A stretch of 64,000 nt of DNA from Mantamonas sphyraenae STR306 (taxonomy: Eukaryota; Protista; CRuMs): contig JAPMXV010000036.1 in assembly GCA_026936335.1 (NCBI GenBank), positions 186,001 to 250,000 on the forward strand, in the 5' to 3' direction. Made by a program: the position numbers and the translations under genes. Below are positions 47,401 to 58,700 of this stretch, piece after piece. The stretch's first letter is position 1; each line of letters opens with the position of its first letter. Below the pieces are notes generated by a model. It searched no databases. It was given only the letters and a program-made list of their open reading frames with translations, and was not told where the DNA came from.

Positions 47401-50256
47401 TCATTGCACGTTGCACGTCTTTGACTCTTTGGACTGTTTGGTGGTGGATGAGCTCATGGACGAGCCGGTGGACGAGGAGGAGGACGCAGCAGAGACGAGA
47501 GGGGTCGAGCCGACGCTGTCTTCGTAGAGGGTATGGGCAAGGAAGCGCCGTGTGGCAATGCTGCCGATGTTCTGCGAGAGAAAAAGCTGTTCGATGAGTT
47601 CAGGACGACGCTCTACGAGATCTTGGTAGGCCTCTGTGTCCTGGACGGACGGGTGGTTGTGGATAAAGTAGGCCGCGGCGTCTTGGAGCTGCTGTGCGTC
47701 GTAGAGAAAAGCGAGCTCGAGGACACTGGCGGCATTGGCCACGTCCATGCTCTGTTCGATGAACACTTGGCACAGCTGGCCCAGGCGGAAGAGCATGAGC
47801 TCAGACGAAAGCTGAAAGACATCGACGGCTGTGTCGTCGTTGAGAGCGCATGCGTCTGTGTACACATAGGTGAGCATGGAGAGAGCCACCTGTACATCGT
47901 ACTCCCCTTGCAGACGCATGGAATCGTCGCCAGCCTCGGCCCAAAGTGTGCCACCGCTTCCTTCCAGCATGGCAGCCAAGGGACGGCTTCGTGCAGCCAG
48001 GACGACACGATGGACCTGGACACTTTGGACAGCGGCCAACGTGTCCTGGTCCTGATCGTGGTGATCTTGGACGCCGACGTGGACGTGCAGAGTGAAATCG
48101 GCATACTTGCCACTGAGCAGTAGGGTGGCACTCCGGCCAGCCTCGGGTGCATCCACTCGACTGGTGGCCCAAATGTCACACTGCTCGTTCTCATCCCAAT
48201 CGTCCTGGATTTCTGCATTGGCATACTTGCGTGCCACTGCATCACACTGCTGCACCAGTGTGTCCAGGCCAAGCTGTCGTGCGGCATCGCCCAGCGCCTG
48301 TGCATGGCGTGCCTCCAAGTCCAAGGTGTACCCGTACACGTATGTGAGCAGCAGGACGAGGATGTGCCTGGGGACGCCGTCCAGACGCATCACATGGACT
48401 GCCGTGCCGTCCTCCAGCTTCTCCAGCGTGGCTTCGTCGAGTCTGGGCCGCAGAGCAGGATGAGTCCACAAGAGGCATCGGTGCGCATACACCCAAACGT
48501 CTGTGTCGCCGTAGAGGCGCAAATCGCTAAAACTGGGCGAGTCGACCATGGCAGACATGTCGCTGGCATAGGTGGAGTCGTCTACGACAATGCTGGGGGC
48601 AAACTTGGTGCAGGCCAGCGTGTGTCGTGAGCCACAGGCAAGCTGACCCAGTTGGTAGCGTCCGATGTTGCCACGCACGAGACGAGGCACATCGAGACTT
48701 TGAACGTCGCTGGGTTGAGCCAGCTGGCCAAAGTCATTGAGTCCCCACGACCAGAGGTGGCCCGTGTCGGTGAGGGCCAACGTGTGGTAGGTGCCGGCAG
48801 CCACGGCGACGACGTTGCGAGCCGTGAGCCCTTCCTTGACACGACGTGGTGTGAGCACATGCATGCGAGAGGCCATGTCTGCGACCACTGTCTTCTTCAT
48901 CATGTTGCGCAGGGTGGGCAGCTCCTTCAACGCAGCCTCGCTTTGGGTTTCGATCTGTCCGCTCCATTCGCCGTCGCCACACTGATGGAAATCATTCTTG
49001 CCCCAACAAAACAGGGCGCCATTCACAGCCACTGCCATTGTGTGCGAACCCAACGAGGCACATGCCACATACCGTGCTGCCAGTCGCTGTTCCCCGTCCC
49101 ACAGCGCCACCCGCGTCGGTCGCACCCTGCTCAACATCTTTCCATCGCCAATCTGGCCCTCTTCGCCCCATCCCCACACATACACGGCTCCGTTGGCCAT
49201 CAGGGCCGCCGAGTGTGCCAGGCCGCACGAGATTTGCACCACCCGACGACTTGCACTCGCCGCAGACGACAGTCGCTCCTGCTCCACCGCAGTCACCTTG
49301 CCCTCGGCCCCGTCACCCTCCTGTGTATACTCCCCGTCCGTGTCACCTTGTGTGTCCTCGTCGGCGCCCACCTCGATGCGCTTGGGCAGATACAGCGTCT
49401 CGGTATCCCCGTGGCCCAACTGTCCGCCTTCGCCCCATCCCCAGCTGTACATGCGCCCGTCGCTGCTCAGCGCCATGGTGTGGTCCTTGCCTGCTGCCAC
49501 TGCTTCGATATACACTCCATGCAGTCGTGTCACGGGCATGGGCGTCGCACTTGTTTCCGTTTCCTGACCCACGCCCAGCTGGCCTCGTGCGTTGCTGTTC
49601 GTTTCACACATCCCCCGCCGAGTTCCGAGTCAGCAAATCCGATGATGCTCGCAACGGTCATTCTTGCTCCCGGTTGTGGCCGTGCTTACCTTCCACAAGT
49701 CCACACACGTCCACTGGCAGTGACAAAGACGGTGTGATCTCCGCCGCAGCTGACCGCTCGCACGCGTTCCCCTTTCAGCGCCGTCACTGCCGTGGGCACA
49801 AACCTATCCTCTGTGTTGCCATGTCCCAGGCGTCCAAACTTCCCCTGTGTGCATGTGACGTGTCATGAGTGTGTGTGTGAGATGAGTGCTCGGGCCCTGT
49901 ATGACTGCGTGTCTGGTATGAGTGGCACCCTACCCTTCCCCACGTCAACACAGCGCCCGTCGACGTCACGGCAGCACTGTGCGACGATCCGGCACTGATG
50001 TTGACAATGGCCGTGTCTTGTTTCTGGGTGGATGAGTTTGGGTGTGGGGCAGTGGTGTGAGAGAGAGTGTCTGTGGGTTGGGGTGAGGTACCACACACAC
50101 GCCCACACACGAAAATCCGGTTCGCCTTTCCCTCGGACAACGTACCACCTTGACAGTGAGCACACTCTCCCGTGTTTCGTTGTATAGGGCCTTGGCACGC
50201 ATTTCGTGCTGGCCCAGGCGGCCAAACCCGGTGTTGCCCACGCCAAACACGCTCAT
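47401..50256 (-). CDS. RCC1-repeat + tandem BTB domain protein (RCBTB/IBTK-like Cullin-3 adaptor)
   Basis: Starts MSVFGVGNTGFGRLG at 50256 with three 5' introns. RCC1 repeats (AAGKDHT..WGWGEGGQLGHG) and two BTB domains (SFSDLRL..YAHRCLL; YADFTL..VHRVVLAARS..LTYVYTD). Confidence 0.85.
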
Positions 50257-50322
50257 TCGCTGCGCCGGTCGGCGCCCAGCCCACCCCCAGCCGCACCATC
50301 CGAACTCGAAAACCTGCACAGA

Positions 50323-51973
50323 ATGTTTTCTCGCATTGCCAAGCCTTCCACCACTCTGGTGTCTCGTCCTGTGACACGTGTCGCTGCCGCTGCGTACAGC
50401 ACGGGCCAGCACCTGCCTGTGACCACCCTCACGGAGGAGGAGCAGATGATGCGGGACGTCGTGGCTCGCTTTGCCCAGGACAAGGTCGCCCCGCTTGCTG
50501 CACAGATGGACAGGGATAACAAACTGGACCCGTCTGTTCTCAAGGGTCTGTTTGAGCAAGGCGTAAGTGTGTCTGCAACCCCGCCTCTGCGCCGAGATTT
50601 TCCTCCGACTGCTCGCTCACACAGCCAACGACACACATGCGTTCCTGCCCCCGCCCTGCCACAGCTGATGGGTCTGGAGATTGAAACGGAGCACGGAGGT
50701 GCTGGCGCAAGCTTCACCTCGGCCATCCTGGTCATTGAAGAGCTGGCAAAGGTCGACCCGGCCATCAGGTAAGCATTTTTACGGTCCGAAAAGGAGGCGT
50801 CGGAGGCCTGCGAAGAATCCCCGCCGGACCCCCGCCCTTCCTGCCTGTCGTACGGGCTTGGTGTGTGTGTGTGTGTGTGCGTTGGGGTATCATACACACG
50901 TGTGCTCACACGCATGGGCGCACACGCGCATGATTCGTCGCCATGTTTGACCTCAAATACCCCCACAGCGTCATTTGCGACGTGCAGAACACTCTCGTCA
51001 ACAACATGTTCCGATTCTACGCCAACGACGACGTGAAGAGCCGTTACTTGCCACGCCTGGCCACCGAGAGTGTACGTGCTTGAGAAGAAGGAAGGCGGTG
51101 GGGAGAAAGCAACATGGTTGTGTCAACGGTTGCCACTGACACACACACACACACACACACACACTCGGGATGGGATTCGCTCAGCTGGGTTGCTTCTGCC
51201 TGTCCGAGGCCGGCTCAGGCTCGGATGCGTTTGCACTGAAGACGACGGCGACCAAGAAGGGGGACTATTACGAGCTGAACGGTTCCAAGATGTGGATCAC
51301 CAACAGCGGGGAGGCAGACATCTTCCTGGTGATGGCCAACGTGGATCCGTCGGCAGGATACAAGGGCATCACCACATTTGTGGTGGAGCGTGACATGGGC
51401 ATTGAAGTCGCCAAGAAGGAGGACAAACTGGGGATCCGTGCAAGCAGCACCTGCACCCTCAACTTTGACGGAGTCAAGGTGCCTGAAGCCAACGTGCTGG
51501 GTGAAGTGGGCAAGGGTTACAAGTATGCCATTGAAATCCTGAACGAGGGCCGCATTGGCATCGGTGCACAGATGGTGGGACTGGCGCAGGGTGTGTTTGA
51601 TGTCACCATGCCCTACCTGGGTCAACGCACCCAGTTTGGCCAACCGGTGGGCAGCTTCCAGGGCATGCAACACCAGTACGCACAGGTGGCCACCAACATC
51701 ATGGCCGCAAGGACCATGCTGTACAACGCCGCACGCATGAAGGAGGCTGGCCTGCCTTTTGTGAAGGAAGCTGCCATGGTCAAGCTCTATGGCTCCCAGG
51801 TGGCTGAGCAGGCTGCAAGCAAGTGCATCGAGTGGCTGGGAGGCGTGGGCTTCACCAAGGACTTCCCGGCGGAGAAGTTTTACCGCGATGCCAAGATCGG
51901 CGCCATCTACGAGGGCACAAGCAACATCCAGCTGCAGACCATTGCCAAGCTCGTCCAGCAGGAGTACGCTTGA
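50323..51973 (+). CDS. ACADSB: Short/branched-chain acyl-CoA dehydrogenase, mitochondrial
   Basis: Exons 50323-50562, 50665-50768, 50969-51071 and 51185-51973. Motifs [65 protein letters not shown]. Confidence 0.95.
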
Positions 51974-52047
51974 TGGGGGCACACAACACAATTTTTGTGG
52001 GAAGTGAGGGAGGGTTCAGAGAGGGCGCGGCAGACTCGCCAAACCGA

Positions 52048-54660
52048 ATGTCGACGTCCCAGTTGCTCAATTCCACCCTCAACACCGTCAGCAAAACCTA
52101 TGGCACTCTACGATCGATTTCAGACTTTTTGACCAGCAGTATGTTGTCTTGTGTGTGTGTGTGTGTCTTCTCTCTGACAATGCGGCGCCGTGGTTTGCCT
52201 GTTTTGTTCCGTCCGTCCTCTGCTCATCCGGCCCCCATACCCCCGGCACCACAGGCAGCACCCCTGCAAACGACCAAAAGACCCTTACACACCTGCTGCG
52301 TCGTTTGGAATGTATTGTGGAGCCGCTGAACCTTTTGATGGCCTGGACAAGCACCAAGAACAGTGGTGAGTTGGTGTGTGCGTGGTGGGCGTGCCAAGTG
52401 TTGTTCATTTTCCATTGCCCGGCCTCGCTGACACAGCATCCCACCTCCTCTTGCCTGTGCAGCGGTGTCCAACGTGGTGGTACAAGCCGGCGATGTGGTT
52501 GAAGAAGTGCGCAAGTTTGTGCATGACGTAAGTGTGCTCGGCGGGGCCAGGTGGGGAGGTTGGGCCGGCGTGTTTTCGGCGCCATTTCTTTGCACAAACC
52601 GCTGACGTGTCCACACCCTGCCCGCACTCGATGCAGTACTACCAAGGCAAGGTGAGCGACTGCACAACTCAATGTGACAAGCTCATGAGGGAGCTGGACT
52701 TTGTGATCAGTGCCATGGTAGGTGCCAGCCGTGAGGGATTGCTGCAGGGACCGTTTCCTGACGTTTGATCCGCGAGGACAAACGACGTTGTCGACTCTGA
52801 CCACACTCACACACCCACCCACACACGCATACAACCCTTGCACAGAGCATGGCCATCAACCTCATTCGTATGTACGAAGGAAGCGAGCCGCAGGTGGGCT
52901 TTGTGGCGCACTCGGGGACGCGAAGCCGCAGGTTTGTGGCGCAGGTTTCGTGGAGCGCACTGATGCGAGCGTCGGCCATGATTGAATCGTCGCGTAGTGT
53001 GCGATGGGCGCAAGTGTGCAAAGTGCGTGCGTCGTTGTATGTGCTTCGTGAGACACAGGCGGGGGGCGAGACTTCGCTGGAGCGGCGCAACTGGCAGTTG
53101 TTGTTTCCCAAGGCTGTGGCGCGAGTGGTTCGCACCAGTGGCCGAGACAGCCAGCATGGCAAATACTACTATGAGCTGCAGGTGGTCAAGACGATGAGTG
53201 CCAGCAGTGGGGGCGGTGGAAGCGGCAGCAGCGGAGGTGGCAGCGGAGGGGGAAGCAGTGGCAGCAGCTCGGGTGCCAGTGGAGGTGCCAAATCCATGGA
53301 GGGCGACCCAGAGTATGCCAGCTTTGCATTGAATCGCTCCTTTGTGTTGGATGACACAGCACGAGACCACTGGGCGCAGGTGTTGGCCACAGTGCAGGCG
53401 CCGCAGCGGCGCAGCAACACGACGACGACCGTGACAACCACTCAAGCGGCAGACGCAGACGAGCTTGAGCCTGTGGGCGAAAACGCAGTGAGCGATGCAT
53501 TGGTGTTGGAGACACCGGCAGAGGGGGATGCACAGACAAATGGCAGCGGCAGCAGCAGCGGTGCAGAGAACAAGCAGGATGGTGAGACGACGGCGACTGC
53601 GGCGTCGGCGTCGGCGTCGTCGTCGTGGCAGGGACAGGTGGAAATGGAGGTGAAGGAGACGGTGGGGGAGGCCAACAGTGCAAGTGGGGCCAAGCCAAGC
53701 AGCCAGTTGTTGTACAACGGCTCGTTGAACTGGTGGGCGTGCACGTTGAACGACACCATGCTGATGGACAGCACACGCCGTCCGCGTCGCTACGCACTGG
53801 TGTTCCATCACGATGACGGCGAGGCACAGACACTGACTGTGAACCAGCGCCAGTCGAGCATCCGTGAAGTGCAGTTGTACGAGGAGAGCGAGCAGGGAGA
53901 TCTGCTCAAGTACCGCAGCACTCGTCATCGCTCGTCCTCGTCCATGGGCGGCGAAGAAGAGCACGAAGACCAGGTCACAGAACACGGGGAACAGGCCGAT
54001 GAGAAGGATAGTGTTGGAGTGCGGGAGGGAGCCAATGACGAGATTGACAGTGACGACGACGACGACAGCGACAACGACAGTGACAGTGACGACGGAACGC
54101 CTGTGGCGTCGTCAAGTATGTACAAAACGGGCAAAAAGGAGGACCAATTGTCTCTGGCGCTCAAGTCGCGCATGCGACGACACCCGTCGAACGATGTGGA
54201 GAGTGTGCAGCAGACACAACTGGGCGACGTGGACACCCTGGTGCCCATGGTGCGTCCTGTGCGTAGACTCAAGGTCAACCAGGTGGATTTGGAGCACATC
54301 ATCCTTCTGTGTCTGTTTGAAAGCCAGAACGACCGATCCCACCTGGATGCGAGCGACGAAGAGCTGTGGTGGCATTTCCGCACGTCGCCGCGCCACTCAA
54401 CCGTCGGCACACACCCTACAGCAGGAGCTGGGCAGCATTCACGCATGCGTAGCAACAGCAATGGAAGCAGCAGCAGCAGCAGCAGCAGCAGTGGCGGTGG
54501 CAGCCGAACGTCGGGCGGTGATTCTGGCAAACCTCCCTCGGGAGCCGCACGCCAGATCCACCCGGGTCTGGTTGTGCCAGCGTCGCCCGGAGGTGTGGTG
54601 CAGGTCACAGATGCTTTGGAAATCAGTGAGGAGTACGCCGGGGGTGCAGGAGCGCAGTGA
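52048..54660 (+). CDS. Multi-exon protein, possibly RanGTP-binding (Yrb30-like)
   Basis: Exons 52048-52138, 52255-52365, 52463-52527, 52637-52717 and 52846-54660 join in frame. The N-terminal helices (LRSISDFL..LLRRLECIVEPLNLL..KNS; LMRELDFVISAMSMAINL) recall yeast Yrb30 from memory only. Confidence 0.5.
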
Positions 54661-54694
54661 GAGCAAAATCAAACCCAAATCGGACAAAAAAACC

Positions 54695-55643
54695 ATGTCG
54701 TCGTCCAAGGAAATGGATAAGTTCATGGGACAAAAAGAGCGGAGGCGATCGTCGGCCATGAAGGCACAGCTGGGTGACTACCTCAACCTGGCAGAGAACG
54801 ACAAGGTCGCATCGCTGATGACCAAGAACAAGGACACCCAGGTGCTGTTCAGCGACGTCATCATCAAGGTCAACAAGCGCAACAAGATGCAGGAGCGCAT
54901 CTTGCTGGTCACAGAGAACGCCGTGTACAATATCGAGCCCAGTACGTTGCACACCTCGCTCGTTTTCAGCCCCCTTTGCCCTGGCCGCTTTTTCACCGCC
55001 CGCCGCCGACACTTTGCCTGACCCCACATCTGCCCTGCTGCCCCTTCCACCACCCACACAGGCAAGTACAGTGTCAAGCGCAAGATTGCGCTCAAGGACA
55101 TTGGCCGCATTCAGATGAGCGAGCTGCAGGGTGAGTGCCTCCGCCCGCAAAAGCCCACAGAGGGCCGCCGTTTTCCCAGAGAAACCGCTCCCCGTGCAAA
55201 CACACGTGGGGGCATGCAACAGCCTTGCCACGCGCACACGCGCAAGTGCACATGAGCCGCGGCCACGTTGCAAGTAATGGTGGCTGGCAACCGGCGCAGA
55301 GACGTGCTGAGCGGTGTCACGAGCGCGGCCAGGAATGCCCCAGACTCACACTCTTTGCTCGTGACGCGCAGACAACTTTTTCACCCTCAACGTACCCAAC
55401 GAGTACGACTACCTGCTGATCAGCTCCAAGAAGACAGAGATCGTCACCAAGCTGGTCGACGCCTTCCACACGCTCACTGGCAACCAGCTGGAGGTGCTTT
55501 TCGCCAACAGCTTTGACTTTCGCCTCGACAACGACCACGTGCGGGAGATTCACTTTGCTGCCGTCGAGGGAGGCATCAGCACGCAGATCTTTGCCAAGGC
55601 CAAAACCAAGGCCAAGGCTTCCTCCTCATCATCGTCGTCATGA
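54695..55643 (+). CDS. Stand-alone myosin-I tail homology 1 (TH1, PH-like) domain protein
   Basis: Exons 54695-54941, 55062-55130 and 55372-55643. KERRRSS..GDYL..VLFSDVIIKVNKRNKMQERILLVTENAVY..KRKI.L..I..S.LQDNFF..EYDYLL..KKTEIV. Confidence 0.85.
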
Positions 55644-55760
55644 CAGCGCGGTTGTCAATTCCACGAATGGACTTCTCCACACAGGACTCATTCAGACCTT
55701 CATTCACTGCACTGCATTGTCCTCACCCCCCATCATCTTGCTCTATGACACTGTCACCAA

Positions 55761-58700
55761 TCAAAGGAACGATCCGCCACCGCTGGTACGGCACGCAGAG
55801 CAGCCGAGGCCAAACTCGTTGCCGGCTACAGGGTGGCTAATGTCCAACGGACAGCCGTCGCCACCGGTGCACGTGGGCCATCGTTCGGCACCACGCTTGG
55901 ACATTGGATCATCGCCGTCCTCTGTGCGATGACACGGCTCGCAAAAGTGAGTAGTGCCCCAGCAGAAAAAGACAGCGACGGAGCAGCAGAAGCGACATTT
56001 GTACTCCAGAAACTCGGTGCCATGGATTTTGCACTCTTCGTTGAGGCCACTGCAGGCACCACACAGCAGGATGCTTGGGTCAAAGTTGCGTGGCTGGTTC
56101 TGGCCGCACTGTGCCTCGCCGCCAAAGTACGGCTTCTTGCACTGGTAGCACTGGTAGTACATGTACTTGTGCAGTGCAAACAGATCCGGTCGCTGGTAGT
56201 AGTCCATGCCTTCCGTCACAATCTCCTCGTTCTGGTCGTCGCCGTCACGTTTCAGGCGTGCGAGCGACTTTTTCAGCACAAAGTCGTACAGCCCGCGCAC
56301 CTCCTTCACCTCTGCCTCCACATGCGGGTGATCAATCCACTTGGTGCACGCAGGGCACTTGGCATGGCGGTATCCGATGCGCGGACCGTCCCAGCCCAGA
56401 TCCACCTGAATCTTGATGCAGCTCGCGTGGAACACGTGGCCGCAAGCAAGCTGGATTGTGGGCGCCTCGCGGAACGTTTCCGACCAGCAGATGGTGCAAT
56501 AGTCGGAATACTCTTTGCCCACTGCGTCGGCCTCACAGCCTGGTTCCAGGCAAGGCAGATGCTCCTTCTCGTCGCGCAGGCCGTTGCACCAGTGGCCACA
56601 GTCCAGCTTGCACGTGCACACCTGCTCGCCATACTCTTCACAGTCTTCGCACACGTTCTTCAGCGCCTCCTCCTCCACGTCAGCGCCTTCTCCTTCGGGC
56701 AGCTCGCTCTCGCAGAAGCGACACACGCGTGCGCTGCTCTCTGTCACCTTCTTGAACTCCGTCTTGGCCTTCATGTTGTCCACGTCCACAAACACCATGA
56801 AGCGCACCTGCGACCTGTCCTCCAGGTCGTACACCTTGGCACGCGCAATGTTTTCGTTGTACTGCACGTTGATGCTGTGCTTGCTCTTCATCAGCTCAAA
56901 CATGGTCGTCAGCCCCATGCGCACAAGCGCACGCTGTTCGCTCGTGCTCTCAATGCGGAAGATGTCTTCTACACCCAGGCTTGGTTCAGACGCAAGGCTG
57001 CCGCCGTCTTCGCTGCTGCCGCTGCTGCTGCTGCTGCTGCTGCTGCCTGCGCTTGTGCCTTCGATCGTTTCCAGTTGTTGCTTCTCCGCAAAGCCGCTGG
57101 TTTTGGCCATCTTGCCCAGCGTGAGAATGCTCGCCAGACCCAAAAAGTAGTCGCGCGGCTGTACGCTGTACGTGTTTGTGTTGAGCAGGTCCTTTTCGTC
57201 CTGTGTGAGGCGGCTCGTGTCATCCACCTGCGTGCTGTGAGAACGGATACTCGAAATGTTGCGCATGCGCGTCATGGCGTCCGCCAGTCGCGTAAAGATC
57301 AGTGGCGCCCACTCGTCCGTGTAGAACAGCGTGCGCAAGAGACCTGCCACCTCGTCGATGATGGACGAGCTCATCGCAGCACGAACCATAAACGTGCCGC
57401 TCTTTTCCTCTTGCGACAAATACGCATGCTTGCTCAGCACTGCGCCGCTCTTTTCGTCGACTGCCTTGACTTCCGCTGACAGGTTGTTGGCCATGCTCAT
57501 CAGGAAGAAGCTGATCACCTCGCCGTTGGCCGAGTGCGTGCCTGCCTCATGTCCACCCACGCTTTCGTACAGGTTGTTCATCTTGATCAGATCCACAGCC
57601 ATGCGCACCGTACCAGGCTTCATCTTGGGCAAGATCCTGCGCAAGATCTGCAGCAGCGTGCGTGCCACTCGCTCGGACGGGAATACCGAAACAAGCTCCA
57701 GCATCGCCTCACACGGCGACACCGTCGCTGCGTATGCCAGGCCAGCCTTGCTACCCGTCAGGGTGTGCAACAGGTTCACCAGCTCGTACGCGTACGTGTC
57801 GTCCAGACGCAGCCTGTTCTCCATCATTTCCTCCTCGTCGCCAGAATCAAACACAGCACTGTCACTCATCACACTCTGCACCTCGCTCATGCTGTTGCCA
57901 CCGCGCAGATGGTCCCCTCCGACGGCTCCCACAAGCGCACCCGCTCCTCCTGCCGCCATGCTGCTGCTGCTCCCGCCGCCACCGATCTCTTCGCCCGATT
58001 CGTCCACAAACACGTAACCGTCCGGGTTCACCTCGGGCTCTGCCTCAGGTTCCTCCTCTGCCTTGAGTGTGTTCTCCAGCGACGTTTTCACGTTGTCAAA
58101 CTGCTCCATCAGCGCCGCCGCCGCTTGGCCCACGTCATCGTTGTACATCTTCAGCGCCTCACACGCCTCGGCCACCACAAAGCCCAGGTTGTCGTGCAGG
58201 TTCACGGCACGCTGGATGCGGTCCTTGGTGGCGCTCTTGGGCACCTGGTCGCCGTGCCACTCCCGCAACAGAGCCTCGGCGTCCTCCAGCGAGTTGTAGT
58301 TGCGGTTCAGTGCAATCTGGATCACGTCGGCGTTGCGATAGCCGCCGTGGGCCAACAGGCGATCTGTGAACGCCTGCTTTTCCGGCTCCGTCAACACGCC
58401 CTGCTGTTCGGCCTCCATCAGTTGCTCGGGGTGGTCAAACAGAACGTTGGATGCCTTGGCAAGGTCGTCTTGCTCGCGGATCAGTGCGCGCAGACACATG
58501 TCTGCAGAGAAGCCCATGGAGGCGAGCTGCATCGCGTTCTCCAGTCTCTGCGACGCCTGTTCCATGTCCTTGCTGTTGTTGAACGCTTCCAGGGCGAGCG
58601 AGAACTCGAAGCCCGAGTTGGCAAGCAGCGTGACCTTTTCCAACTTGGCCATCACTGCGTCGGCGTTGCTCAACGACGCGTCCAGCATGCGGAACACGTG

